DNA from: Eledone cirrhosa
Taxonomy: Eukaryota
Reading direction: 5' to 3'
Length of the DNA stretch: 64,000 bases
Assembly (NCBI GenBank): GCA_964016885.1
Contig: OZ024740.1
Span: 342,736,001 to 342,800,000, forward strand
In this document: positions 36,361 to 50,656 of the stretch, one piece after another
Layout of the letters: each line of letters opens with the position of its first letter
Numbering within the stretch: position 1 is the first letter of the stretch
Position numbers and translations under genes: made by a program
Notes under the pieces: model-generated
The model's database searches: none
Told to the model about the DNA's origin: nothing
What the model saw: only the letters and a program-made list of their open reading frames with translations

Positions 36361-36829
36361 ACTGGTGCAAAGAGGAAGCAGTTGGACAATCCCCAATATT
36401 TGTTTATCTTCCTTTCCTCTACACAGCGATCTATGTAGCGAATCTAAGCAGAGATTTGAACTATTGTCCCCTCAGTGAAATAAATCATGCAACCACACAC
36501 ACCAGCCTTTGGTCTCATAGATAAGTGACTTCTCCCATACTGTACCTACATATTTTACTCCCTTTGTTTTGGGGGCTTATGTCACCAAACTGTCTGGGAA
36601 TAGAGTTTTCTAGAGACCATCTGCTTATTGTCAACGAGAACAGAATCCTCATAAATAGTCTATCAGCTGTCTAGTGAGCCAGTTCAGTTCAGTTCACGAC
36701 AGAGATCAGAACAATTTAGTTTACCAACAGACTCACTCTGACCCACTGGGTCCCAACCCTTTTGGCCAGTGAGTCAAGACAGTCATACTCCCATTTGATT
36801 CCAACAAAAGTTAGTCCTATGCAACTTTT

Positions 36830-38050
36830 CAGACCCGTTGATTCCAAATTGCATTTCCATAGATGGAACTTATTTTCTAGTTCTTTTATGGATTCAGCTA
36901 TAAGGACCAAATCATCTGCATAGAGAAGTTTCTCTGGACAGCCAATTTTAAACTCCTCTGTTATAGCCTGGAGAACTATGAGGAACAGCAGTAAGCTAAG
37001 AACCAAACATTGAATTTCTCACTAAACTCGCTTCAACTGGACATGGCTTGCACTGCTCTCACAAGTCATTCTTCTACACCTGATTTCCTTAAGGACCACC
37101 AGATAATAGATCGAAGTACTCTGTCAAAGTCTTTTTCTAGATCAACAAAAGCTAAATATAATGGCTTATAATAATAATGAAAATGATTGTGTACAATGCT
37201 CAGGTGCACTACAACTTATCAAAGGTGCATGTATAGTACATATAATAATGTACAAAAGTCAGGAAAGTGAACAGTGTAAGAGTCATGATATACACACTGA
37301 TGCATGCATGTGTATGGAGGGGAAATATCAGATGTAGTGTTGGCAAATTTTAGGAAATATGAGTTTTGAAGGATGCAGTGTCCCAACAGCTAACAACTAG
37401 GAACTTCACTTGTAGTTACCTCACTAACAAGAGGGCATCTGTTGTGATTTTCTCAGGCATAAAACCAAACTGCATCTTGTTTAATTTGACTTTTTCTCTA
37501 ATTAGCAGCACTATAACTTTGTATTATTTGATTGACTATGTGAGTTACTATTTCAACTCTTACTTCTGATGCTTTTAACAATATCAGCAACTATCTCTGA
37601 TGGTCCTGCAGCTCAGCAATTCTTCATCTCTTTCATTGCTTCTTTGACCCTATAACTATAAAATTCAGTAGCTGGTACTTCTGTTGTAGGTTAACAGGTA
37701 ATCTCTCTCCTATTCATTCTCTACATTCATCAATCTCTTATAGTAACATTTCCAGGCCTCTTTCTTTTGGGCATCAGTAGTGCATCGGTGTCATTTCTAA
37801 CACATTTTTCCCCAACAACATCTCCATTTATACTAACACACTGCTTTACAATGCAGAACACTTCATGTCTCTGGTCCTCATGTCTCAAGACATTGGCAAG
37901 CTTTTTTTCTTTAGCCTCTCTCTGATCTGTGTAAACCTGTCATCTAGCTTCTCTTTCAGCTACATAGTACTGGTCTCCGCTACCCATATTTTTCCAGTCT
38001 TTCCATGCCTGTCTCATGGCTTTAATGGCTCTATTCACTGTGCTGTTTCT
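36830..38050 (-). mobile_element. Degenerate RTE LINE fragments
   Basis: LLFLIVLQAITEEFKIGCPEKLLYADDLVLIAES, AFVDLEK.FDRV, AIKAMRQAWKDWK. Confidence 0.8.
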
Positions 38051-38756
38051 CAATGGCTCATACATAAGCATACATACATTCAGCCTCACACACATGCACA
38101 CAAAAATCATCCCTCTACAGATAATACAAGGCCACCAACACATGTGGAGACACATATACACACACTCATGACACACGTGAAAATATACACATGCACACAA
38201 ATGTATACATAGAAACAATAGAAAAAAAGTTGTATACACACACTCAACTGACGCACATAATCGTACACACTCACATACATAGAAACAATAGAAAAAAGCC
38301 CAATACACACACAGACACTCATGTGCACCACATGCATAAAAAACAAAGAACAGACACCAGTGTGCACACACCAACAATATAAGACTCTGAGACACGCACG
38401 TGTTCTCACACACACAGACTGAAGCAATAACGCACACCTATCAATTTCATCCCTTCGGCACACACTCAACCATACCCGTGACACACCTGGACGTTCCACT
38501 TCGCCCCCCCCCCTCACAAATGCCGGACCTCATGCCTACCTATCAATCTCTTCCTAATACCCTTTTCCTAACTTCCTTTTCTAACTTTCACACACTACTT
38601 TCATGTATTTACCTGCTCTCATTATCCAAACTTTCCTGATGAAGGACATTCATCCAAAACGTAGAACCTTCCACCACTTCCTCTAAGCATGAACCTAATA
38701 TGACATATTTTTTGCATTCCTGTGCTTTTTTGTTTCCTTTATATGTATGTATGTAG

Positions 38757-38821
<65 letters not shown>
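38757..38821 (+). repeat. (CTAT)n microsatellite
   Basis: About 16 perfect CTAT units; a second tract lies at 44648-44678. Confidence 0.95.
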
Positions 38822-41800
38822 AGAAATCTAGCTGTCGTCTGTTCTACAGTGTGGATGTCATTCACTTCGCACAGAAGTTTTGTTCAAATTTATTGAGGAA
38901 ATTTTGTGAGTTCAAACTTAATTTTGATACAATTGTGTAGCTTGACCCTCCGTCTGAACTGTCAGGCGGTGGGTCAGCTCATCTTTACCCCTCCTAGAGG
39001 TGAAAAACCTGTTTTAAAAAATTTTGTGTAAAAAATTTCAATCGTCTAACAGAAATGTTAAACGCAGCGAACGAAAATAGTGGTGGGGGGACAGTGGTAA
39101 GAGTTGTAAGCTCGCACGCTTTAGTCCCCTCTTCCTTCCCAACTAACGTCATAGAGAAGGAAGGAAAAATTAAAATAAAAACAGACGAATCTGCGGAGAA
39201 AAAAAAAAAATGACGAAAACACAAATCTGGACTTGGATTCCAACAACGAAAAAAAAAAATTTGGATAAAAAAAAACAAAAAAAAAAATTGCATGACAATA
39301 CTAATAACACAAACAAAGACACAACAAACACAAAAATAACATTTGAAAATAACACCATATCAGAAAACAAAGCAGACGACAAGATTTATTTTGCACAGAA
39401 AACAAAGATATTTTTGACTTATATAGCGGAAAACATTTCAGATGTGGTACGAAGGATCACGGACGCCAAACAATACATAAGTGAAGGAGAGAATGATATT
39501 TTATCGGTAAAAATGCCTCAAGAATTCACGAAAGACATTGAAAGCCGAACGGTCAAGTTTCAGACCATCAACAACAGTACAAAAAAACCTGAACAGCCTT
39601 CTCAAGCAGATATCAAAACAGTACTCACAGAAGTACTTAATGAAACCACTTTCATAAGAAAAGACAGAGTGTATGGAAGCCTAGCAATTATCATGAAGAA
39701 CGAATCGGCGGCAAAAAAATGTGCTTTGTCACCGATTCGTTCGAAAAATTTCACCTTTTATCCATCTTATATGGGGAAAAGAACTCAACGCATATGGCTG
39801 GATGCAATGATGCCAGATGTGGACTACTGCTGGCTCATAGCTGGCTTCATCGATCCAGTGAATGACAACGTGATTTCCATTGGGAAAACCACAGGCAATG
39901 CGTTCAGTGGAACAGGTATAGAGCTGGTAGTACAAATGAAGCCTGAACGCATCGCCCAAATACCCGACAGAATCCTATTAGAGGACCACGGGTATATAAA
40001 CATTAGCGTGGAGGGGAGAAGGCCGTCCTGCCATATCTGTGCAGGCAGAGGGCACCTGAAGGCCGCTTGTCCCCAACTCAACAAAAAGAAAACCCTGCTA
40101 CCAACACCAGCTCCACCACCACCACCACAACAGATAAACAAACAACAAAACTCAGTCCCACCCAATCCGTCCCTCAGTAAAACCACAACACCACCACAAC
40201 ACAAACAGTCACAACACATTACCCCAAAACAAAATACAGGCCCACCCAACCTCTCACTCAATAAAACAACACAACCACCGCAGACACAACACACAACACA
40301 GTCTAACATAGTGACATCCATCTCCCCAACACGGAAACATTACCAGCAAACATACCTCTTCCCTCCAACACTGAAGATAACCCAACGAATTCGGAGGAAG
40401 AAACGGAGTCCTTCAGACAGATTAAAAGGAAAAAAAGAAAACATGTGCAAAACACACAAGGACAAACAACCCCCACCCAAATCTCAACACAATCCAACAA
40501 AACAGAAAACACCCCTCCAGCAACAAACAAAACCAAACCTGCCCCTCCCCTCTTCGAAACACTCACACCATCGGAAAAAAAGACATTACACTATACTTAC
40601 ATCAACAGAAACAATAATAAATTAAATGAGCTCATATACAATAATCCTTCGGTACAAACCGAAGGTGTAAACTTTGTTTCGTCAGAAAACTACCCACATT
40701 TAAAACTAATAAAGATCCCAATGAACCTCTACCAAAAACTAAAAAAGGATTTTAAGGAGGACGTAGGACCACCCTCTGTCAAACCCATAAACCGCGTCCT
40801 ACTAAAAAGCTTTCCCCCTCCCCTTCCCCTCCCCAACACAACTCCAAACACCCCAACCCCACCACACACTGACGACCCCACACCACCACAAGACACCCCT
40901 TCACCCAACACCCCCGACCCCATGGAAGTCGTGCAACCCGAACCCCGGGAAGCGGAAAGGTAGGTCTCTACACTCTCCTTTGGCTCTGCCGCCCACATGG
41001 ATGTGTTAAGAGTAGGATGTTTGAATGCACGTGGCCTGGGCTCAACTTGGAAGCAAGCAAAGCTTCTAAATGACCTCAGGTCATGTAGTATAAATGTAAT
41101 GGTTATCTGTGAGACTCGAATCAGCGTCGTGCGGCAGCTGGCCCCCACCTTCGATGACTTTGAGGTGCATGCATCTCTCTGTCAACCTGGAGGTGGGGGT
41201 GGGGTTGTCGTACTGCTGCAAAAACACCTGGGTCTTGCCGTACAGGTTGTGCACTCGGACCCGGAGGGTCGTTTGTTGGTGCTAGACGTTGGCAGTAGTG
41301 AAAGTGCGGCCTTGAGACTGGTCGCCGTCTACTCCCCTTTCGGAGCTGAACGGCCCGACTTCTTCCAGCGTTTGGAGACTTTTCTGGGAACGTCGCGTTC
41401 CCTGCTTCTAGCGGGGGATTGGAATGACATCCTGGATGCACGTTGGGACTATGCAGGAGCATGTCCTAATAGAGGGGGGTGTAACAGCCTCAAGGGGTTA
41501 CTCGACCGTTTTAACTTGGTCGATAGATATCAACTAGATTTTCCAACTGCCTACCTGGACTTGGAGAAACCACAGTGGTCAATCTAGATCGTACTTAGAT
41601 AGATTCTTAGTTAGAAGTAAGGATAGGGACATATTAAGCTGTCCAGAAATGCGCACGGTTGGCTACACGGATCACAAATTAGTGACCTGCGTGGTCAATC
41701 TCGAGAAAACACATAGACAGGGTCCCGGTTACTGGAAACTTAATTTGTCTTTACCGGCAAAAGAGACTTACAGAAACCGGATTAGCAGATTAGTTAAGGA

Positions 41801-44645
41801 GAGGTTGACGGGTGCAATCGTCAACAACCGATGGTGGGCATCTCTCAAAAGAGAAATTAGAACAGAATCAATAAGTTATAGCAAGATGTTAGCTGCCGAT
41901 AGGAATAGAAACGAGAAAGAATTAACAGGTAAATTAGAAGAGGCAATCAAGAGCGAAGATGTGGCCAGAGTGCTGGCATCGAGGACGGCCTTGAACCAGT
42001 TTTCGATGCAAAGCACGAAGGCTGCGTCATTCGAAGTAAAATACGTGCTCTAGGTAATGAGGGGGCCAAAGCCGTTGGATGGGCCCGCGTGACAGAAGCT
42101 AAGAGTGGAAATCGATCCACCATCCGGTCGTTGCAAGACGAAGATGGACGGGTGATCCGGGAGCCTAAGCAGATGTGCGAGGCCTTTCAAAGGCACTTTG
42201 CCCGATTGTTCGGGGGAGGCGAGGGTCCGGGCGGGGGCGTAGATTTCGGTCCATACCTCGACGACCTGCCGCGTCTCTCGAACGAAGAGGCAGAGTCCTG
42301 CGAGGGACCAATCTCGGCTGATGAGATCGGAGATGCGCTGAGCCAATGCAGCAGACGCAAATCTCCAGGTCTCGATGGTATACCTTACGAACTTTATTTA
42401 GCAATGCCGGTCTTCTTCTCCGAACTCCTCGAAGCGGTCTACTGCAATTGGCAGCAGAACGGGAGAATTCCTTGTTCTGTAGCCAAGGGCGTAGTCACGC
42501 TGGTGAGGAAGGACGAGAACAAGGGGGATAGTATAAATAATTTTCGGCCCATAACCCTGCTAAACACAGAGTTAAAGATTTTGGCCAAGGTGTTAGCAAA
42601 GAGGTTGGCGCTTGTCGTGGGTGGCCTGGTGGGAGATGCGCAGACATGTGCTATCCCATCCAGGTCCATTCACGATAACCTCCACCTCATGCGATACATC
42701 ATAGAGAGGGTTGGCAACAAACCCGGCTTCGGTGGGGCCCTGATCAACTTGGATCAGTCTAAGGCCTTCGATAGGGTCGACCATGGTTACCTGGATGCGG
42801 TGCTAGTGGCGGCTGGGTTCGGTCCTGTTTTCAGAGGCTGGATCACTGCCCTACATAGCAACCACATCTGTTCTAGGATCAAGGTGAACGGCTACATTTC
42901 GAAGCCGTTCGAAATCACACGATCCATTCGACAGGGGTGCCCTCTCTCCTCCCTTCTGTACGTATTGACTCTCGAGCCTTTACTGAGGAAGTTGGAGTTG
43001 TTGCAGGGTATCCCCCTGGAACCAGGATTGAGCAAAGCGGTGTCGGTCTACGCCGATGACGTAACAGTAATGGTATCAACCGACTCGGAGATCGAGGCGA
43101 TCGGTACCTTACTGGAGGAGTACGAAAGGTTGTCAGGAGCGAAACTGAACCGGGAAAAATCCATCGGGCTGCAACTCGGAACGTGGAGAGGCAGACCGAT
43201 GCCTCCTGACGGTGTCGTCGGACACTGGACGGAGGGCCCGGTAAAGTTGCTTGGGGTCTGGTTTGGACCGGACCTCCAGGTGGAAAAGAACTGGAACGAG
43301 GTTACGAACAAGGTGTTTGCACTAACCCAGAAATGGGCCAAGTGTAAGCTGTCCCTAAAAGGCCGGGCGGAGGTGGCGAACATTTACATAGCGTCCGTCA
43401 CTTACTACCGCCTGACTGTCGTGCCTTGCCCTAAGGAAACACTCACCACCATGGAACGCATGCTCTTCCAATTTCTTTGGAAGAAGCGTCCTCCTATGGT
43501 GAGAAGATCCATCTGCTGCCAACAACCTTCGAAAGGAGGGCTGGGGATGCCGTGGTTGATGATGCGTAGGCACGCATTAAGGCTACGGCACCTACAGGTA
43601 TTCCTCACTGGTCAACCGGTGTAGGCTCCGTTCGTGAAACGAGCCTTTCCGAGACTCGTCTCGCTCACCGAGCTACAGTCCTGGGTCAAGCAAAGATCCG
43701 GAAAACTGGGAGACTGGCACACTGAGTGTGCTCAGGCGCTCAGGGCTCTCTGGCAAGCGGGCCAGGCCATCGGTGGAGAATCCACCTCATCATTCTATAG
43801 AGGGCTGGTGGCTAGCAGGGGCGATGACACCCTTGGAGAGTCGCTGGACATGGAAGAAGACGAACTGGCCAGCCTGTTCGGTAGGACTTTCGGCCCAGGA
43901 CCAATGGACAACTTCCAGAAGTCACTGGCCTGGCAGTGCTACCGGGGGGCTCTACCCGTTCGAGAGAGGCTCTACAGACACGGGCGCCCGGGCAGGGATC
44001 CCTCAAAAAAGATTTGCCCTAGATGCGTGCGTCACGAAGAAACCGTTGCGCACGCATTGGTGCAATGTCCGGGCGTGGCTGATCTGTGGGGCTACGCCGA
44101 ACGACTGCTGTCGCGGGTGGCGCCGATTAAATTGACCGCCGAGTCCGTGATGACAATCAAACCGCCTCCCCTCTTCACAAAGGAAGCAAAGGCGGTTTTT
44201 CTGTGCGTAATAGCCATGTTGAAAGGGGTTGTTTGGTGGACACGATTGAAAGGTCTGAGGTCAGGCAACTTCCTCTCTGGCCATAGTCTGGTCTACTTCT
44301 TCCGATATCACTTCGGAAGAAGGATAAGAATGGAGAGAGAGGTGCTTGGCCACAGGCAGTTTTATGAAAGGTGGGTGATAGTGGCGAGAATGGCTCGTGT
44401 AAATGGGCCTTCTCTGTATACCATCCTGTAGGTAAAGAAGTAAAGGAGAGGGGAGCACCTTCTCCATGTGCTCTCCGGGCAAAGGATTGCACACTTTTTC
44501 GGGGGTGTGTGCAACCCCCATCACGTCCCCTCCCTTTTGAGGTTATTTTCGATTATTTTCATGTTACACCCTTTTTACTCGATTATATGTAAACTCCCCC
44601 TTTGTATTTGTCCCTTCTTTTTATGCCTTTATGGTAAATAAAGAA

Positions 44646-44647
<2 letters not shown>
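38822..44647 (+). mobile_element. Tx1/L1-clade LINE, full length (ORF1 39210-40963; ORF2 40997-44431), several disablements
   Basis: ORF1 contains CHICAGRGHLKAAC and a Pro/Thr-rich tail. ORF2: GCLNARGL, GDWN, TDH, GYWKLN, QGCPLS, YADD, CPRC...HALVQC. Ends AATAAAGAAAT(CTAT)n. The 5' boundary is approximate. Confidence 0.92.
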
Positions 44648-44678
<31 letters not shown>

Positions 44679-46888
44679 GCAGAACGGGAGAATTCCTAGT
44701 TCTGCAGGCAAGGGCGTAGTAATGCTGACCAGGAAAGACGAGAACAAGGGGGACGAAATTAACAACTTCAGGCCCATAACTCTGCTCAACACAGAGTTAA
44801 AGATTTTGGCCAAGGTGCTAGCGACGAGGTTGGCGCTTGTCGAGAACATGGTAGGGAAAGCGCAAACGTGTGCAATCCCGACCAGGTCCATACACAACAA
44901 CCCCCACCTCATGCGATACATCATAGAGAGGGTGGGTAGTAAACCCGGCTTCGGTGGGGCTCTGATCAACTTGGATCAGTCTAAAGCATTCGATAGAGTC
45001 AACCATCGATATTTGGAAGCGGTTCTCAAGGCGGCCGGTTTCGGTCCTGTGTTCAGAGGCTGGATCGAGGCGATGCACACCAGCATATGCTCGAGGGTCA
45101 AGGTGAACGGCTACCTAGCGGAGCCGTTCGCAATCACGTGTTCCATTCGACAGTAGTGCCCTCTCTCTTCCATTCTGTATGTATTGACTCTAGAGCCACT
45201 ACTGCGGAAATTGGAGCTGTTGCAGGGCATCCCTCTAGAACCGGGACTGCGCAAAGCGGCGTCGGCTTATGCCGACGACGTGACGGTAATGGTGTCGAGC
45301 ACCTCAGAAATCGGGGTGATCGGCAACTTACTGAAAGAATACGAAACGCTGACGGGAGCAAAACTAAACCCGGAACAAGTCTGTCGATTTGCAACTCGGT
45401 ACGTGGAGAGGCAAACCGATGACGTCCGACAGCGTCGTTGGACGCTGGACGGACGGACCGGTAAAATTGCTCGGGGTCTGGTTCGGTCCAGACTTCCAGG
45501 TGGAGAAAAACTGGAACGAGGTCACGGCCAAGGTGTTTGCACTCACCCGGTAGTGGGCAGAGTGCAAACTGTCCTTGAGAGGTCGAGCGGAGGTGGCGAA
45601 CACTTTCATAGCGTCCGTCATCTACTACCGCTTGACTGTCGTGCCTTGTCCCCGTGAACACCTCGCCAAGATGGAACGCATGCTCTTCCAGTTTCTGTGG
45701 AAGAAGCAGGCTCCGCTGGTGAGGAGATCCGTCTGCTGTCAGCACCCTTCCACGGAGGGCTGGGAATGCCGTGGCTGATGATGCGCAAACATGCGCTGAG
45801 GCTACGGCATCTCCAGGTATTCCTCACCGACCCCCAACCGGTGTGGGCACCATTTGTGAGACAGGCTTTCCCACAGCTCGTCTCGCTGATGGAGCTGCAG
45901 TCCTGGGTCAAGAAAAGACCGAAAACGATGGGCGCCTGGCACATTGAATGCGCTCAGGCGCTCACAGTCCTCTGGCAAGCGGGCGCAGCAATCAGTGGAG
46001 ACTCCACTTCGACATTCTATAGAGGGATTGTACGTTACAAGGGCGACAACTTGCTCGGAGATACTCTAGGCGTCGAAGACGATGAGCTCACCAGTCTATT
46101 TGGTAGGACTTTCTGCCCGGGACCTATGGACAACTTCCAGAGGTCCCTGGCCTGGCAATGCTACCGAGGAGCTCTACCGGTTCGTGACAAGATCTACAGG
46201 CACGGACGCCCCGGCAGGGATCCTTCCAAGAGGACGTGTCCAAGATGCGCGCAGGACATTGAAACAGTCCTGCACGCAATTGTACACTGCCCGGGCCTAA
46301 CTGACCTGTGGAACTATGCAGAACAACTGCTGTCGCGTATGGGACAAATCCAGTTGACTGCCGAGTCCATAGTAAGGATCAAACCGCCAGCCTCTTTCAA
46401 AAACGAAAGAGAGCGGTGGCTATGGTGAAAGAAGTTATATGGTGGACGAGGTTGAGAGGACTGAGGACAGATGCCTTTCTCTCCGGACAACAATTGATTC
46501 CCTTCTTTAAGTATCACTTTAGAAGGAGAATCAGGGTGGAGAGAGAGGCACTGCACTCCAGTAAATTTACTGAAAGGTGGGTGAATGAAGCAAAAATGGC
46601 CCGAGTGATTGGGCCTTCTCTGTTTATAAGCCTGTAGGTTGAGGAAGAGAGCAAAAGGAAGAAAGGAGCACTTGCACAACATGCTCCTGGAGTTGAGGGT
46701 TGTTCTATCGACGGGGTATTAAACAACCCATTTGTGTCGCCTCCCCCCCTATTGGGGGTTTCGATTGTTGTAATTGTTTGTTTTTATATTTTTTACACGA
46801 CTGTATGTAAAATCCCCGGCATGTCTTTGTGTATTGTCCACTTTTCTTGTGCGCCCTTGTGGCTAATAAAGAAATAAATCTATCTATC
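44679..46888 (+). mobile_element. 5'-truncated Tx1 LINE (third copy), head-to-tail with the previous one
   Basis: Starts abruptly in RT (QNGRIP); NFRPITLLN, AYADD, CPRC..ETVLHAIVHC; ends AATAAAGAAATAAATCTATCTATC. Confidence 0.9.
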
Positions 46889-46889
46889 A

Positions 46890-48725
46890 TCATCATCATC
46901 ATTTTACGTCCGCTCTTCCCTGCTTGCAAGGGTGGGACGGATCTTATTCTGCACAGCATCTCTCCACTTGTCACGGTCCTTCGTCATCTCCACCGTGAGC
47001 TTCAGCGATCTGAGGTCTGTTCTCACCACCTCCGCCCATGTTTTTCGTGGTCTACCTCTACCACGTCTTCCTTCAACTGGCATTTCCTGGCACTTCTTTA
47101 CCCATCGGTCATCCTCCATGCGCATCACACGTCCATACCACCTTAGTCTCCTCTCCCGTACACTACATTCTATCCCTCTCAGACACAGTTTCTCTCTCAA
47201 CACATTCATGCTTGCCTCATTTCTCTCCAGCTGTCGCATATCCTCTGCAGTTGCTGTTCATGTCTCACTACCATGCAGTATCGCGCTCCTCACACAGGCA
47301 TCATATAACTGGCCTTTCGTACGCAGGGAGAAACCCTTCTTCATCAGCAGAGGAAGCAGCTCCCTAAACTTCTCCCAACCCGTCCTTATTCTAGATACTA
47401 TGACCTCGGAACACCCCCACCCATGCTAATCTGATCTCCTAGGTACCGGAAGCTATCCACCACTTCTATATCACCCACCTGCTTTTGAAAAATGTGTCTA
47501 TCAATGCGACTTCTACTATCTAATTTCCCTGTACATCTACTGAATACATATTTCTCCCTACCTGTTAGTTTGCCTGCTATCCCGCTACATCTCTTGTGTA
47601 CCCAGGATCTGCACTGTGAGCATTTTATGGAATTTATGCCAGTTCCTTTTCTGCATATCAAACATGGCCATTTCCCTGACGGAATCAGAGTATTGTCCTC
47701 TTTTCTACTCATCAACACTTTTGTCTTAGCTAGGTTCACTCTCAGTCCTCTTGCTTCCAACTGCTGTTTCCATAGCCAGAATTTATTCTCTAACTCCTCT
47801 ACTGATTCTGCTATAAGAACCAGATCGTCAGCATAGAGAAGTTCCCATGGACAGCCAGTCTTAAACTCCTCTGTTATGCTTGGAGAACGATAATGAACAA
47901 GAGCGGGCTGAGGAACGAACCTTGATGTACTCCTACTTGTATCTGGAATTCCTCACTAAACTCCATTCTGAGAGTACCTCTGTACAAAGTTTGCACTGTC
48001 CTCACAAGCCATTCCTCAACACCTAGTTTCCTTAGGGACCACCAGATGACAGATCGGGGTACCCTATCAAAGGCCTTCTCTAGGTCAACAAAGGCTAAGT
48101 ATAGTGGCTTATTTTTCTCTAAGAACGTCTCTTGCAATTGTCTCACCAAGAAGAGGGCATCTGTTGTACTCTTCCCAGGCACAAAACCAAACTGCATCTC
48201 ATCTAGTTTGACACTTTCTCTAATTAGTTGTGCTAATATCCTTTCTGCCACTTTCATAACCTGATCCATCAGTTTTATACCCCTATAATTGATCCTCTCC
48301 AGAGCATCCCCTTTACCTTTGTAGCAATTTATGAGAATACTGCTGCACCAGTCTTTGGGTATGACATCACCATATATAGCCTGATTGATGATGCATGCAA
48401 CCAGCTTAGTGCCTACGTTACCTGATGCCTTCAGCATCTCAGCAACTATTCCTGATGGTCCAGCAGCCTTACCATTTTTCATTTCCTTAATTGCCTCTTG
48501 GACCTTATATTCGTCAATCTCAATAGCTGGTCCCTCTGTCGGATCTACTGAGGGTAATTTCTCTCTCCCGTTCGTTCTCCACATTCATCAGTCTCTCATG
48601 ATGACATTTCCAGGCCTCCTTTTTCTGATCATTCGTGACACTAAGTACACCGGCATCCTTCCGGACACATTTATCTCCAACAACATCCTGATTTGCATTG
48701 ACACACTGCCTTGCAATGTGGAACA
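46890..48725 (-). mobile_element. 5'-truncated RTE LINE (RT and 3' end, (ATG)n tail)
   Basis: NYRGIKLM, QFGFVPGKSTTDA, AFVDLEKAFDRVP, GVHQGS.LSPLLF, LLYADD, RRLRWYGRVMRM, GRGRPRKTW. Confidence 0.92.
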
Positions 48726-48820
48726 CCTAACACCTATAGACGTACCTAACAATATAGGTAGATATGCATCACACATAGATATATATACATACATACACGC
48801 ACACAAATATATATACTTGC

Positions 48821-48860
<40 letters not shown>

Positions 48861-48924
48861 ACACACATATAGAGAGAGAAATATATAAATACAGTACATG
48901 GTATAATTTAAGTACATAATATAT

Positions 48925-49095
48925 CTAAAATAAAATAAAATAAAATGAAAAAATAATAAAATGAAATATATGAAAAAATAAATAAAATGAAATGAAATAA
49001 AATAAAATAAAATAAAATAATAAAATAAAACAAAAACAAAATAAATAAAATAAAATAAAATAAAATAAAATAAAAAATAAATAAAATAAAAAAGA
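48925..49095 (+). repeat. (AAAAT)n degenerate microsatellite
   Basis: Direct inspection. Confidence 0.9.
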
Positions 49096-49483
49096 ATTAT
49101 ATTACGATTTGGAAATATAATTATAAGCAATATAATTTTAAATCAATATAATTTTAAAAATATTACAGAATATTTCAAGTTATAGTTTTAAAATAATAAT
49201 ATGTATAATAGTATAAAAATTTTCTTCGTATATTTAACTTTATACCTATAAGAGAAAGAAAGAGAAACTTTCAAAAGAGAAACTTTCAAAAATAGGAGAA
49301 ACTATCAAATAATATTTTCCCCTTTAAGAGCTTTAAGTATGTTTCTCTAGAAGAGTTTTTTATATTTATTTATATTTAGGAAGAAAAGTTTTTTACTTAA
49401 GAGTTTAAGCAGTCAAAATGAAGGAATCTAATGATTTATCGATAGGTTCAATATATTAATAGAATTAATTAATTAATTATATA

Positions 49484-50335
49484 TTACATTTTAAATTTAT
49501 ATTTAAACGTTGAGTTCAATCTATGTCTGCAGCAACTGAATAAATTGTTCCTTAGGTTCAGGGAATTTTTGGTCTTTAATATAAAGAATATTTCCTCTAT
49601 ACAAAGATCGCAATTTTCAGAAGAGGAGTTAAAAGGAGTAGCTTTTGAAATAATATTCCAAAGCAACGAATATTTAACGTTCTTTAATTTAAGGTCCCAT
49701 AATAAGCTAGATAGAGAAGTTGAAGATTTTTTGTTTGGATTTGTAAAATAATTTTTATGATTATTGAAACGAGATTTAAACTCTGTGGAAGTGGATCCCA
49801 CATAATTAAATGAATTTAAATTAGTTTTTACATTACAATTATAAACTATATTTTTAGCTAAGCAATTGTTATTTAACGGACAGTTAGATTTATTTCTACA
49901 GTTACATTTATCAAATTGGATATTGCTTGGGTTATTAGTGGTATTCTGGTTAGGTTTTAAATTTCTATTATTAATTCTATTAATATTTTGCGCTAAATTT
50001 TTGGTGGAAGAATAACTTAATTTTATAGTATGTCTATTAAAAATTGAGTAATATCTATGTGTTCTAAGGAAGCATTTGTCAAGAGCTTTAAAAAATAGTT
50101 TAGCAATAGGAGTTTTAATATTTAATGAGAAAGGAGGAGCGAACCATAATATATTCCTAGTTCTATTTCTTTTTTTGTTTTCCGAATTATTGTAAGGTTT
50201 TCTATTATAATTGTTAAAATTGTTAAAATAGTTAAAATTGTTAAGATTATGGTTAGTTTTTATATTATTATTATCAATGTATTTAATTTTATTTCTATAC
50301 CCAGCTCTACCTAACGCTTCGTTGTAATAATGTGG
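49484..50335 (-). mobile_element. Penelope-like element, C-terminal ~280 codons (RT thumb linker plus GIY-YIG endonuclease), no stops in my manual translation
   Basis: YYNEALGRAGY...RNIIWFAPPFS...IKLSYS...CNCRNKSNCPLNNNCLAKNIVY...YVGSTSTEFKSRFNNHK...TSLSSLLWDLK...CDLCIEE...LNLRNNLFSCCRHR. Confidence 0.88.
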
Positions 50336-50656
50336 AGGGGGGGGGGGGTTGTCGAAAGATAAATCAGAATAGACTTAGAAATAAAAATAGAATTAAAAAT
50401 AAAATTAAAATTAAAATTAAAGTTAATAATAATAAAAAAATAAAGATAATAATAGAATAACGTAAGTGGCGTAAAGTGTGTAATCTTATGTATATTAACA
50501 AGGTGTAATAGTGAAGACATAGATATGGTACAGTAGCCAAATGATTATGAGAGCTAGAATGAAGAGTCATCAAAAACCAATGGTGATAATGATGATAACA
50601 TTAATGTTGGCAAACAAAAGAACCCAAACAAAAAACTAAGTAATGGAATATATCTG

